From NCBI GenBank assembly GCA_963732385.1, contig CAVSZB010000007.1, positions 576,001-640,000 of the forward strand: 64,000 nucleotides of DNA, written 5' to 3'. Shown piece after piece: positions 28,759 through 41,525 of the stretch. Origin of the DNA: an uncultured bacterium (GTDB lineage: Bacteria; Krumholzibacteriota; Krumholzibacteriia; LZORAL124-64-63). A program made the position numbers and the translations under genes. The stretch's first letter is position 1. The number at the start of each line of letters is the position of its first letter. The notes under the pieces were generated by a model. It saw nothing but the letters and a program-made list of their open reading frames with translations. It did no database searches and was not told the origin of the DNA.

Positions 28759-30770
28759 TCAATAGCCGAGGCTGCGCAGTTGACGGCGCAGATCCTCGGG
28801 GACGGCGGTTTCGCGCGCCCCCTCGTCGCCCGCGCGCAGCGCGCCGCCCGCCAACTGCCAGGCCGCGCGCAGGCGCTCTCCCGCCGCCACGATCGAATCC
28901 GCACCGGCCGGCGCCGGCGCGCCAGCCAACGCCCGGGGCGCAGCGGCCAGATCGTACCAGGTGAGGCGGCCACCAGGGTCCAATCCCACGCCCAGCCAGG
29001 GCCACTGCAACCATCCCACCTGAGGCGGTCCGTACAGCAGATTCTCCAGGACCAGAGGGGCGACCTGCGACCGCCCGGCGGACGGAGTGGCTGCCGCACC
29101 CGGCCTCAGATCGCTCCCCACGCTCCCTGCCGGCCGCGGCCAGCCGAGCACGGCGGCGACCGTGGGGACCACGTCGAGCAGCGAGACCGGATCCGTGATC
29201 ACGCGCCCTCCGTCCGTACCCCCGGGAAACCGGACGATCAACGGCACTCCGGTCACTTCCGGCAACAGGCTGTGGCCGTGGTCGAGACCGCCGTGGTCGA
29301 ACAGTTCCTCGCCATGATCGGCAGTGACGATGACCAGGGTGCGGTCCAGCAACCCCGATTGCCGCAACTCGTCGAACAGCCGACCGGCCCAGGCGTCGGC
29401 GTACTGCACCTCCCGGGCATAGAGCGAAGCGATCGCGCGGCGCGCCGCATCGTCCGGCGACCAGGCTCCCGAGCGCACCGCGTAAAGAGCCGTGAAACTG
29501 CGTCCGCGGAAGAACCCGGTATCGGGAACATCAGACACGAGCGGAGCGACCCCGTGACCGGCGGCCGGCGCCGGCGCCGGCGTCGGATCGTCCGGCAACT
29601 CGCGCCAGGTATAGGGGAGATGGGGATCGAGCAGGTGTATCCAGAGGAAGAACGGGCGCTCCCGACCGTGTCGGCGCAACCAGCGCAGCGTCTTCGGACA
29701 TCACGACGCCCGCTTCCGCCGCGTCGAAATGCAGATCGGCGTAGCGGGACAGCTCCCGGACGAACACGCAGCGTTCCGCCGGTTCGAGGAAGTTCGAGCA
29801 CGAGGGAGTGCTCGAACGTGGCGTAACCGCGATCGAAGCCGTACCAGCGCGACAGGTACGGGTTGGTGACAAAAGCCGCCGTCTGCCACCCCCGACTCCA
29901 CGCAGTGGAGGCCAGCGTGCCCAGCGTAGCGGGCAACGGACGGTACTGCCGCAGATCGAGCGCCGCGGGAGGACACCCGGTCAGCAGCGCGCCCACCGCC
30001 GGCAGGGTCCAGGGGCTGGGGGTCCACGCATTGGTGAACAGCGTCCCTTCGCCGGCGAATTCGTCGAGGTTCGGCGTGGGCGGTCCCGCCGGGTCGAGTC
30101 GGGACAGATGATCGCGTCGCCAGGCGTCGATGGTCAGCAGAACCACATTCGGCGCCCCCGCCGGTGTCGCCGCCTGCCGCACCAGTCCCAGGGTGCGGCG
30201 GCGCGGCTCGTCGGCGCGCCAATACGGCCAGGCGACCGCGCCAGCCGCGACCAGAATCAGCGGTCCGACCAGCAGCCAGGCGGGACGTCGGGCCAGACGA
30301 GCGGCCACCGGTCGCAGCGCAATGCACCCCAGCCCGGTGGCGCCGAGCCAGAGCAGTCCGAGCGCCCCCTTGCCGGCGACGACGCCGTGAGCGCTCCACC
30401 AGACCGGCACGAGACGCTCGCGCAGCAGATAGGCTGACCAGACGACCAGCAGAAAAGCCCCACTGCCGGCGACCGCCGCGGCAAAAGCGGCGCGGCGCGG
30501 TCGGCGCGCCTGCCGCAGCATCAGCCCGGCTGCCGGGAAGACTAAGACCGTCATCGCCAGGCCGGTGACGCCGCACAACACTGTCGGCGGCAGGACGGCG
30601 CGCCAGAATCCCTGGTTCGGCAGGTCCGGCGGCGGCCCGAAGCGCAGCCATTGCACGCTGGCCTCCAGGCCCCCGAGCCCGGCACCCACGACCCACGCCG
30701 CCAACAGCGCGGCCGCGCCCGTTCTCAACCAGCCGCGCAACGCGCGCCTCCCCCCGCGCCTCGGCCCCAC
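28759..30770 (-). pseudogene. Membrane-anchored sulfatase-like hydrolase/transferase broken by two +1 frameshifts (pseudogene or sequencing error)
   Basis: NVVLLTIDAWRRDH, SPWTLPA..ALLTG, then PFFLWIHLLDPH, TADHGEEL, HGHSL in another frame; apparent extra bases at ~29792 and ~29699. Confidence 0.8.
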
Positions 30771-30918
30771 CCGCCAGCGGGCGGCGACGGCGCGTCGTAT
30801 TGATCGACCAAAAGCCGCTGGCGGTCAAGCGGGCCTTGGGGCAGATTGGGGACTCGCGCGGCCTGCACCGGTCGCGGTCCACGGCGGGACCTGCCTTCCG
30901 GGCAGGATCGGAGGCACG

Positions 30919-32088
30919 ATGCAGACCTACCGCGGCGTCGATTTCTACGGCTTCGAGGCCCAGCTCTCCGACGAGGAACGCTCCGTCCGCGACACCGTCC
31001 GCGTCTGGGTCGAGCAGCAGTTCCTGCCGGTGGTGCGCCAGCACCACGCCGCCGGGACCTTTCCGGTCGCGCTCGGTCGCGACCTGGGCACCCTGGGGTT
31101 ACTCGGCCCGAGCGTAAAGGGACCCGGCTGTGCCGGACTTTCGTCCACCCTCTACGGCCTGATCTGCCAGGAACTAGAACGGGGCGACAGCGGTCTGCGC
31201 AGTTTCGCGTCGGTCCAGGGCAGTCTCGTCATGTGGCCTATCAGCGTCTACGGCAGCGCAGAGCAGCAACGGAAATGGCTGCCTGAGCTGGCGGCCGGAC
31301 GCCTGCTCGGCTGCTTCGGCCTGACCGAGTCCGGTCACGGCAGCGATCCGGGGGGCATGGAAACGACCGCTGTCCGCGACGGCGACCGCTGGGTCCTTCA
31401 AGGGTCCAAGATGTGGATCACCAACGCCACCCTCGCGGACCTCGCGCTGGTGTGGGCGCGCGGCCCCGACGGCGTGCTCGGCTTCCTGGTTGAGCGGGGC
31501 ACGCCCGGCTTCACTGCGCAGGAGATCCGCGGCAAGTTCAGCCTGCGGGCCAGCGACACGGGGGAACTGGCGTTCGATGCGGTGCGGCTGCCCGACAGCG
31601 CCCGACTGCCGCTGGCGCGCGGACTCAAGGCGCCGCTGGCCTGCCTCAACGAGGCGCGTTATGGCATCGCCTGGGGCGCGGTCGGCGCGGCGGCCGACTG
31701 CTACCATACGGCGCTCGCCTACGCTCTCGAACGGCGTCAGTTCGACCGCCCCGTGGCCGGCTTCCAGCTCGTGCAGGCGCGGCTGGTGGACATGCTGACC
31801 GAGATCACCAAGGCGCAGGGACTCGCGCACCAGCTGGGGCACCTCAAGGACCGGGGCGTCAACCCGGCACCGCTCGTTTCCCTCGCCAAGCGCAACAACG
31901 TCGCCATGGCGCTGGACTGCGCCCGCTCCGCGCGGGAAATCCTCGGCGCCGCCGGCATCACCGACGAGTACCCTGTAGGCCGGCACCTCACGAATCTCGA
32001 ATCGGTGAAGACCTACGAAGGCACGCATGAGATCCACACGCTGGTGATCGGCGCCGAGATCACGGGAATCCCGGCCTTCCGCGGCTGA
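30919..32088 (+). CDS. Acyl-CoA dehydrogenase, glutaryl-CoA dehydrogenase type
   Basis: ELERGDSGLRS, CFGLTE..HGSDP, GSKMWITN, TYEGTHEIH. Confidence 0.92.
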   Translation: MQTYRGVDFYGFEAQLSDEERSVRDTVRVWVEQQFLPVVRQHHAAGTFPVALGRDLGTLGLLGPSVKGPGCAGLSSTLYGLICQELERGDSGLRSFASVQGSLVMWPISVYGSAEQQRKWLPELAAGRLLGCFGLTESGHGSDPGGMETTAVRDGDRWVLQGSKMWITNATLADLALVWARGPDGVLGFLVERGTPGFTAQEIRGKFSLRASDTGELAFDAVRLPDSARLPLARGLKAPLACLNEARYGIAWGAVGAAADCYHTALAYALERRQFDRPVAGFQLVQARLVDMLTEITKAQGLAHQLGHLKDRGVNPAPLVSLAKRNNVAMALDCARSAREILGAAGITDEYPVGRHLTNLESVKTYEGTHEIHTLVIGAEITGIPAFRG

Positions 32089-32101
32089 CCGCGGCCGTGT
32101 G

Positions 32102-32131
32102 AAAAACGGGAGAGCCGTCCGGCTCTCCCGT
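32102..32131 (-). terminator. Rho-independent terminator of the nuo operon (possibly bidirectional)
   Basis: ACGGGAGAGCC-gtcc-GGCTCTCCCGT hairpin with U-tract on minus strand. Confidence 0.75.
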
Positions 32132-32160
32132 GCTCCATGCCAGGCGCCCGTCGGCGATCC

Positions 32161-33678
32161 TCAGCCGGTCATCGTCCGGAAGGTCGCCTCAGCAAGGCGC
32201 TGCAGGCCACCCGGCCAGATACCGAGAAACAGCAGCAGCAGCGCGATCATGCCGGCCGCGAACAGCGATTCCCAGCTGCGGCCTTCATGGATCGCTTCGC
32301 CCTCGGGCGACTGCATGTACATGACGACGATCACCCGCAGGTAGAAATAGACCGACAGCAGCGAGTTGATGACGCCCCAGACCGCCAGCGGCACCAGCCC
32401 CGCCTGCACCACCGTGCTGAAAATGTAGAACTTGCCCATGAAGCCGGCCGTGGGCGGAATGCCCGCCAGCGAAAACATGAACACGGCCAACGATGCCGCC
32501 GCCAGCGGCTGTCGTCGGGAAAGCCCGGCGTAGCCGGAGATACGGTCGGCCTCCTCGTCCTGGCTGCGTCCGAGCAGCGACACGATGCCGAAGGCGCCGA
32601 GATTCATCAGCGCGTACGCGACGAGGTAGAAAAGCACCGCGCCGCCGGCAGCCGGGGCAACGGCCGACGCGAACCGCGTCGCCTCACCGCCACGGGCCGG
32701 CGCCAGCAGAGCCAGCAGGCCGAGCATCAGATAGCCGGCGTGGGCGATACTCGACCAGGCAAGCATGCGCTTGAGGCTCTCCTGGGCCAGGGCCACCAGG
32801 TTGCCCATGGTCATTGTCAGGACCGTCAACGCCGCCAGCAGCGGGAACCAGAAACCGGCCAGCGGCGGCAGGGCCAGCCAGGCGAAGCGCAACAACGCCG
32901 CGAGGGCCGCGGCCTTGACCCCGGCCGCCATATAGCCGGTCACGAAGGAGGAGGCTCCGTCGTACACGTCGGGGGTCCACATATGAAACGGCACGAGCGC
33001 GATCTTGAAGCCGAAGCCGATGAGGATCAGTCCGGTCGCCGCGAGCAGCAGCACCCGGTCGTGAGCAGGAGCCGCCACGGCCGCGGCGATGGCGGCATAG
33101 TCGGTGGCGCCGACGAAGCCGTAGAGCAGCGCCATTCCGAACAGCAGGAAGGCCGACGAGAAGGCCCCCAACAGCAGGTACTTCAACCCCGCCTCGGTGG
33201 CGCGCAGCGAGCCACGCCGCCCCCCCACCAGCACATAGACCGCCAGGCTCATCGTTTCCAGGCCGAGGAACAGCGTCAGCAGGTCGGTGGCCGCGGCGAG
33301 GATCATCATGCCGAGCGTGGCGAAGAGGAGCAGGGGATAGAAATCGGAGCGCCACCGACCGTCGCGCTCGAAAACACTGGTGGCGAAGGTCGCGGTCAGG
33401 AGCGCTATGCCCAGGAAAAGGAAATTGAAGTAGCGGGCATAAGGTCCGGCGCTGAGCATGCCCCCGAGCAGCCCCTCCATCACCGGCGGCACCACGAGCT
33501 GGGTCGCCAGGGCGCCCAGCATGGTCAGCACCGTCAGAATGTAGAGATGGTCCCGGCGCGGGGAACGGGTGAAGGCATCCGCCAGCAACACCACCACGCC
33601 GCCCGCGGCGGTGACGATGTACGGCAACAGGGCCGGCAACTGCATCTGGAGGGCTGGAACGGCGCTCACTGTCGGCAT
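32161..33678 (-). CDS. nuoN: NADH-quinone oxidoreductase subunit N
   Basis: EAGLKY, GFKIALVPFHMWTPDVY, SLAGIPPTAGF. Confidence 0.96.
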   Translation of the reverse strand: MPTVSAVPALQMQLPALLPYIVTAAGGVVVLLADAFTRSPRRDHLYILTVLTMLGALATQLVVPPVMEGLLGGMLSAGPYARYFNFLFLGIALLTATFATSVFERDGRWRSDFYPLLLFATLGMMILAAATDLLTLFLGLETMSLAVYVLVGGRRGSLRATEAGLKYLLLGAFSSAFLLFGMALLYGFVGATDYAAIAAAVAAPAHDRVLLLAATGLILIGFGFKIALVPFHMWTPDVYDGASSFVTGYMAAGVKAAALAALLRFAWLALPPLAGFWFPLLAALTVLTMTMGNLVALAQESLKRMLAWSSIAHAGYLMLGLLALLAPARGGEATRFASAVAPAAGGAVLFYLVAYALMNLGAFGIVSLLGRSQDEEADRISGYAGLSRRQPLAAASLAVFMFSLAGIPPTAGFMGKFYIFSTVVQAGLVPLAVWGVINSLLSVYFYLRVIVVMYMQSPEGEAIHEGRSWESLFAAGMIALLLLFLGIWPGGLQRLAEATFRTMTG

Positions 33679-35255
33679 CACTCACCCTCCGGCGGCGTCA
33701 CGAACCGCGAGGCGAAGCGCGGCGCGGCCGGGGAGCCCGCGTGACGCGCCGGATCGTCGGGAGTGGCCAGCTCACGCACCAGAGGTGCGAGCAGGCGCTC
33801 GATGGACGGCTGCATGCGGTCGAGCAACGGCGTAGGGCGCATCCCCAGCCAGAGGATGCCGATCAGGATCGGCAGCAGGCAGGCCATCTCCCGCGGCCGC
33901 AGGTCTGACAGACCACGATTCTGTTCGTGCCGTACCGGGCCGAAGAAGACCCGCTGGTACATCCAGAGCATATAGATGGCGCCAAGCACGACCCCCGTGG
34001 CGGCCACGGCGGCGAAGAGGCGCGCGTGCGGAAGCAGTTCGCTGCGGAACGTACCGAAGAGGATCAGGAATTCTCCGACGAAACCGCACAGACCGGGCAA
34101 CCCGATACTGGCCAGAGAGACCAGCATGAAAACCGCCGCGTAACGCGGCATAACATGGGCGAGCCCGCCGAAATCCGCGATGAGACGGGTGTGCCGCCGC
34201 TCGTAGATCACTCCCACCAGCAGGAACAGCGCGCCGGTGCTCAGCCCGTGCGCGAGCATCTGGAAGATCCCGCCAGCCAGCCCCTCGGGCGTAAGGCTGA
34301 CCAGGCCAAGCACCACGAAGCCGAGGTGGCTCACGCTCGAATAGGCGACCAGCTTCTTCAGATCCGGCTGCACCATCGCGACCAGAGCACCGTACACGAT
34401 GCCGATCACCGCCAGCATCGCCAGCCACGGCGCGAACACCACCACCGCGTGCGGGAAGAGCGGAATGGCGAACCGCAGCAGACCGTACGTACCCATTTTC
34501 AGCAGGATGGCCGCCAGGATGACCGAGCCGGCAGTGGGCGCCTCCACATGCGCGTCCGGAAGCCATGTATGCAGGGGAAAGAGCGGCACCTTGATCGCGA
34601 ACGCGAGCGCGAATGCAGCGAACAGCCAGAGCTGCGTTTGCGGCGCCAGTTGCAGCGCCATGAAGTCGGCCAGGGCCATGCTGCCGGCGCGGGCGTAGCA
34701 GTAGAGGATCGCAACCAGCATGAAAATGCTGCCTACCATGGTGAATAGGAAGAATTTCACCGCGGCGTAGACGCGACGCTCCCCGCCCCAGATCCCGATG
34801 ATGAACGCCATCGGGATCAGCATCGCCTCCCAGAAAACGTAGAACAGCAGCATGTCGCGCGCCACGAAGGTGCCCAGCATCGCCGTCTGCAGGAGCAGCA
34901 GGAAGGCCATGAATTCAGGAACCCGATCCGTGATCGCGCGCCAGCAGCTCACGATCACCAGGGGACCGAGGAAGGTGGTGAGCAGGACCAGGAACAGCGA
35001 GATGCCATCGATCGCCACCGCGTAGCTGATCCGGCCGTGGGCCAGCCACGCCGCCCGCTCGACGAACTGATCGCCTCCCTGGGCCGGGTCGAAGCGCAGC
35101 AGCAGCGGCAGCGACATGGCCAGGTCCGCCAGCGCCACGACCAGCGCAGTCCAGCGGGCCGCGGTCGCCTGCCGCAGTGCCAGCAGGATCAACAGCGCCC
35201 CGGCGACCGGCAGGAAGGTGACCCAGGTCAGGATGTGATCCGCGAAGAACGCCAC
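33678..35255 (-). CDS. nuoM: NADH-quinone oxidoreductase subunit M
   Basis: FYVFWE, KVPLFPLHTWLPDAHVEAP, DLKKLVAYSS. Confidence 0.96.
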   Translation of the reverse strand: MAFFADHILTWVTFLPVAGALLILLALRQATAARWTALVVALADLAMSLPLLLRFDPAQGGDQFVERAAWLAHGRISYAVAIDGISLFLVLLTTFLGPLVIVSCWRAITDRVPEFMAFLLLLQTAMLGTFVARDMLLFYVFWEAMLIPMAFIIGIWGGERRVYAAVKFFLFTMVGSIFMLVAILYCYARAGSMALADFMALQLAPQTQLWLFAAFALAFAIKVPLFPLHTWLPDAHVEAPTAGSVILAAILLKMGTYGLLRFAIPLFPHAVVVFAPWLAMLAVIGIVYGALVAMVQPDLKKLVAYSSVSHLGFVVLGLVSLTPEGLAGGIFQMLAHGLSTGALFLLVGVIYERRHTRLIADFGGLAHVMPRYAAVFMLVSLASIGLPGLCGFVGEFLILFGTFRSELLPHARLFAAVAATGVVLGAIYMLWMYQRVFFGPVRHEQNRGLSDLRPREMACLLPILIGILWLGMRPTPLLDRMQPSIERLLAPLVRELATPDDPARHAGSPAAPRFASRFVTPPEGE

Positions 35256-35269
35256 GGCCGTCTCCCCTC

Positions 35270-37276
<2,007 letters not shown>

Positions 37277-37280
37277 TTCA

Positions 37281-37586
37281 TTACTCCATCAGGGTCTTGA
37301 GGTCGTCCACGTTGACCGTCCGGCGCAGGCGATGGATCTCCACCAGGATGGCCAGACCGATCGCGGCCTCGGCGGCCGCCACGGCGAAACTCATCAGCAC
37401 GAAGACATGCCCGGAGGCGTCTCCCCACTGCCGGCTGAACGCCGCGAACACGAGATTGGCGGCGCTGAGCATCAATTCGATGCACATGAACAGGATCAGG
37501 GTGTTACGGCGCGTCAGCACACCGACCAGCCCGGTCACGAAGACCGCCCCCGCCAGGGCCAGGTAATGCGTGAGTCCGATGGTCAC
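37281..37586 (-). CDS. nuoK: NADH-quinone oxidoreductase subunit K
   Basis: RRNTLILFMCIELML, AVAAAEAAIGLA. Confidence 0.95.
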   Translation of the reverse strand: MTIGLTHYLALAGAVFVTGLVGVLTRRNTLILFMCIELMLSAANLVFAAFSRQWGDASGHVFVLMSFAVAAAEAAIGLAILVEIHRLRRTVNVDDLKTLME

Positions 37587-38095
37587 GACTGCCTCCTCGG
37601 GGCCAGGCCGAGCGCGACAGCGCCCACGATCGCCACGAGCAGGACCACCGAGATGAGTTCGAACGCCAGCAGATAGCGGTCGAGCAGCAGAGCCGCCACT
37701 CGCTCCGCCCGCCCGAACCCGGCCGGCGCCGCCGCGCGGAAACCGGCGCTGCCGTGCCCGCCGAGCAGGATCGCGCCGGAAATCAGCAGCGAAGCGGCAG
37801 GCAGAGCCACCGCCGGCCAGACCCAGCGCCCCTGCGGATGGAGCTCCGCGCCCAGCACCGGCCCGTGCAGCATCATGATCACGAACAGGAAAAGGACCAT
37901 GATCGCGCCGGCGTAGACGAGCACCTGCAACACCGCCAGAAACGGCGCCGACAACAGCGCGAACAGCCCGGCGGCGTTCAGGAATGCAAAGATGAGCCAG
38001 ATCGCCGCGCCCACGGCGCTGCGGCTGGCCACGGTCATGATGCCGCCCAGCAGCATCAGGCCGCCGCAGAGCCAGAAAACAATGCCCTCGAGCAT
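37583..38095 (-). CDS. nuoJ: NADH-quinone oxidoreductase subunit J
   Basis: QVLVYAGAIMVLFLFVIMML, FELISVVLL. Confidence 0.96.
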   Translation of the reverse strand: MLEGIVFWLCGGLMLLGGIMTVASRSAVGAAIWLIFAFLNAAGLFALLSAPFLAVLQVLVYAGAIMVLFLFVIMMLHGPVLGAELHPQGRWVWPAVALPAASLLISGAILLGGHGSAGFRAAAPAGFGRAERVAALLLDRYLLAFELISVVLLVAIVGAVALGLAPRRQS

Positions 38096-38118
38096 GCCGA
38101 CCCTTCCCTGCGCGACGC

Positions 38119-38670
38119 TCAGAGCGTACCGCGCTCCTCATCGTTCAGCAGAAATTCCTTGCCGACGAAGAACTTCCCGCGACTGTCGGCCGCGATCTCG
38201 TAGATGCCGGTATCCATGCGGATGGCATCACAGGGACACGCCTCCTCGCAGAGCCCGCAATAGACGCAGCGCAGCAGATCGATCTCGAAGGACGCCGGGC
38301 GCTTCTCGATGCGGGGATCCGGATGCTCCTCCGCCACGATGTGGATGCAGTCGGCCGGACAGACCGTGCTGCACATCATGCAGGCGACGCAGCGGGGAGT
38401 GCCGTCCTCCCGCTGCATCAGCCGGTGCCGCCCGCGGAAACGGCCACTGTAGACCCGCTTCTCCTCGGGGTACTGCACGGTCGGCATGTCCCCCATGTGC
38501 AGAACATTGTTGATCAGGTGACGGATCGTGATCCCGAGACCGCGCAGCACTTCCCAGATGTAGATCGACTCCCGGAAAGTCTGGCGCTTGCTGCCGCCAG
38601 CCGGCGAGCCTGTCTGCATCGGCGTCGCGCTCATCCCGTCTGTCCCTTCCGCCCGGCCGGTCCCGTTCAT
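38119..38670 (-). CDS. nuoI: NADH-quinone oxidoreductase subunit I
   Basis: Two CxxCxxCxxxCP motifs; ATGA overlap with the nuoH stop. Confidence 0.95.
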   Translation of the reverse strand: MNGTGRAEGTDGMSATPMQTGSPAGGSKRQTFRESIYIWEVLRGLGITIRHLINNVLHMGDMPTVQYPEEKRVYSGRFRGRHRLMQREDGTPRCVACMMCSTVCPADCIHIVAEEHPDPRIEKRPASFEIDLLRCVYCGLCEEACPCDAIRMDTGIYEIAADSRGKFFVGKEFLLNDEERGTL

Positions 38671-39938
38671 ACCAGGGCCAGCACGAGCGCGGTGATCGCC
38701 AGATTCGCCAGCCCCAGCGGCAGCATCACTTTCCAACCGAGCCGCATCAGCTGGTCATAACGGAAGCGCGGCAGTGTCCAGCGCACCCAGATGAACAGCC
38801 AAGCGAAGAAGATCGTCTTGCCGAGAAACGCCCCGGTCTGCGCGGCGGTCGCGTAGAACGAAGCCGCGCCCGGACCGATCGTCCAGGGACGCAGGGCCAG
38901 CGATCCCGCCGCCGCCAGGGCGACGGAGCCGCACACCGCGCCCAGGAAGCCCGGCTCGCGGTCGCGGGCATCGCCGAACTTGCCGCGTTCCCGCCGGGCG
39001 CGGCGCGCGAACAGGCAGGCAAACCAGGCGGCGGCCACGGACGTCGCCGCCAGGGTGCCCGTCAGCAGCGGCCCCGCCTGCGCCACGAGACGCGCGCGCG
39101 GCAGCCACGGGATCTGCCAGCCGCCGAAGAACAGGGTCGTGATCAGGGCCGCGCCCACGATCATGTTGCAGTACTCGGCCATGAAGAAGAGGGCGAACTT
39201 GAGCGAGCTGTACTCCAGATGATAGCCGGCCACCAGTTCCGAGTCCCCCTCCGGCAGGTCGAACGGGGTGCGGTTGGTCTCGGCGTAGACCGCGGTGATG
39301 AACAGCAACGCTCCCAGCGGCTGCACGACCACGCCCCACATCGGCAGGAAACCCCAGAGCAGCTGCCCCTGCCCCCGCACGATGTCCATGAGGCTGAACG
39401 ACGAGAAGATCAGCAGCAGGCCCATCAGCGCCAGCCCCATGCTGATCTCGTAGCTGATCATCTGGGCGCCCGACCGCACCGCGCCCAGGAAGGTGTACTT
39501 GTTGTTGGCTGCCCAGCCGCCGATGACGATGCCGTAGGTGCCGAGGCTGGCCACGGCGAACACGTACAGGATACCGGCGTTCAGGTCCGCCACGATCAGC
39601 GGCACGCGCCGACCACCCTTCTCGAGAAAATCCCCGAACGGGATCACGGCGAAGGTGCTCAACGCCACCGTCATCACGATGAACGGCGCCAGCGAATGCA
39701 GGAACTTGTGGGCCCGCGCCGGCACCACGTCTTCCTTGAACACGAGCTTCAGCACATCCGCGATCGGATGCACCAGACCACCCAGGCGCAGCCCCAGGAC
39801 CGACGCCCGGTTGGGGCCGGTGCGGTCCTGGATGAACGCGGCCCCCTTGCGCTCGGCCCAGATCAGCACCGGCAGCATGGAAAGCATGAAGGCCAGCATG
39901 AAGCCGATCTTGGCCAGGGTCTCGAGCACGAAAGCCAT
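38667..39938 (-). CDS. nuoH: NADH-quinone oxidoreductase subunit H (with hydrophobic insertion)
   Basis: ERK...[33 protein letters not shown]. Confidence 0.96.
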   Translation of the reverse strand: MAFVLETLAKIGFMLAFMLSMLPVLIWAERKGAAFIQDRTGPNRASVLGLRLGGLVHPIADVLKLVFKEDVVPARAHKFLHSLAPFIVMTVALSTFAVIPFGDFLEKGGRRVPLIVADLNAGILYVFAVASLGTYGIVIGGWAANNKYTFLGAVRSGAQMISYEISMGLALMGLLLIFSSFSLMDIVRGQGQLLWGFLPMWGVVVQPLGALLFITAVYAETNRTPFDLPEGDSELVAGYHLEYSSLKFALFFMAEYCNMIVGAALITTLFFGGWQIPWLPRARLVAQAGPLLTGTLAATSVAAAWFACLFARRARRERGKFGDARDREPGFLGAVCGSVALAAAGSLALRPWTIGPGAASFYATAAQTGAFLGKTIFFAWLFIWVRWTLPRFRYDQLMRLGWKVMLPLGLANLAITALVLALV

Positions 39939-41518
39939 CAACGACCTCCCGCGTCCGGCGCACCGGAGCCGCCACGCGCGACGAGTCCCGCGGCCGGCAG
40001 GGCATTCAGGTCGATTCCGGGCGGCAAAGCCAGCTTCGCCGCCACCTCGCGCCGCAGCGCCGCGAGCGTGGTCGCAGCGGGCGCCGTCCCGAGCCGGCCG
40101 AGCCACTCCGCCAGCACCCGCCAGTCCTCGCGTGCAGTGCCGGGACGCGCGATCGCCGCGCGCAGCTCCTGCAACCGCCCCTGCCGGTTGGTCAGCAGGC
40201 CGTCCTTCTCCGCCCACATCGACAACGGCAGCACCACCGCCGCCGCCTCCGCGGTCGCGCCGCGCCGGTTCCCGAGATAGATGAGCTCGCCGCCGGTCAG
40301 GGCCGACGCAAGCCGGGGGGCAGACGCCGCCGGGTCGCCGCCGTACACGACCGCCACCCGACCCGGGCCGAGGCGCGCCGCCAGTTCGTCCGCCGGCGCC
40401 TCGCGCAGGCCGAGCCAGCCGAGCGCCGCGCGGTTGGGTGCGCGGTCGCCGTCGATCAGGAAGTCATCGCCCTCGCCGCGGTCCGCCCCGGCCACGCCGC
40501 CGTACACGGCCTCCGGCCCGCCCAGCAGTTCTCCCAGAAGCCGGAAGAGGAAAAGCTCCTCGACCGTCTGGTGGGCGCACGCCAGCGCCAGCGCGACCCC
40601 GCCGGGGCGCACCAGTCGCTCCAGTTCCGCCCACGCCTCGCGCCACTCCACCGGCTGCAGCACGCCGTCGCGTCGCACCAGCGGCTGCGTCAGGCGATCG
40701 TCCGCGTGCAGGTGCTTGTATTCCATCCGCCCGTGATCGCACATCCACGGACCGTTCACCTCGTCGTTGCGTCGCGGGCGGAGACGCCAGACGCGACCGC
40801 CCTCGTGGTCCACGCGCACGTTGCAGCCGGTAGCGCAGCCGGGGCAGACCGACGCGGTGCTCCGCAGCAGCCAGACCCGCTTCCGGAAGCGGAAGTCGCG
40901 GCTCGTGAGCGCCCCCACGGGGCAGATGTCGACAGTGTTGAGACTGTAGGCATTGTCCAGTTCGCGGCCCGGCGCGACGGCGATCTGAGCGCGGTCGCCC
41001 CGCTGCAGGATGCCCAGTTCGCCCGTCTTCGTGACCTCGGCGCAGAAGCGCACGCAGCGGGAGCAGAGCACGCAGCGCTCCTGATCGAGGATCACGTACG
41101 GTCCGATCGGCTCCGCCTTGCGCTTGTGCACCTTGTCGCGCTTCGCTACATCCGACTCGTACAGGCCGTAGAGCATGTACTGGTCCTGCAGGCCGCACTC
41201 GCCGGCCTGATCGCAGATCGGACAGTCGACCGGGTGGTTGATCAGGTGCATCTCCAGGATGCTGGTGACCGCCGCCAGCACGCGCGGACTGCGCGTGCGC
41301 ACGATCATCCCATCCTTCACCACCGTATTGCAGGCGATGGTCAGCTTGGGCGCCCCCTCGACCTCCACCTGGCAGAGGCGGCAGACCCCCGCGATCGACA
41401 GATCGGGGTGATAACAGAAGTGCGGGAGGGCCTCGCCGCGCACCTGGGTGCAGGCGTCGAACAGACGGGTTCCGTCCGCCACCTCGATGACCTGCTCGTC
41501 GATCGTCAGCCTCACCAT
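39938..41518 (-). CDS. nuoG: NADH-quinone oxidoreductase subunit G (short form, 526 aa)
   Basis: FCYHP...CRLC, HPVDCPICDQAGEC, RCVLCSRC, CPGCATGC. Confidence 0.93.
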   Translation of the reverse strand: MVRLTIDEQVIEVADGTRLFDACTQVRGEALPHFCYHPDLSIAGVCRLCQVEVEGAPKLTIACNTVVKDGMIVRTRSPRVLAAVTSILEMHLINHPVDCPICDQAGECGLQDQYMLYGLYESDVAKRDKVHKRKAEPIGPYVILDQERCVLCSRCVRFCAEVTKTGELGILQRGDRAQIAVAPGRELDNAYSLNTVDICPVGALTSRDFRFRKRVWLLRSTASVCPGCATGCNVRVDHEGGRVWRLRPRRNDEVNGPWMCDHGRMEYKHLHADDRLTQPLVRRDGVLQPVEWREAWAELERLVRPGGVALALACAHQTVEELFLFRLLGELLGGPEAVYGGVAGADRGEGDDFLIDGDRAPNRAALGWLGLREAPADELAARLGPGRVAVVYGGDPAASAPRLASALTGGELIYLGNRRGATAEAAAVVLPLSMWAEKDGLLTNRQGRLQELRAAIARPGTAREDWRVLAEWLGRLGTAPAATTLAALRREVAAKLALPPGIDLNALPAAGLVARGGSGAPDAGGR

Positions 41519-41525
41519 GGCGCGC

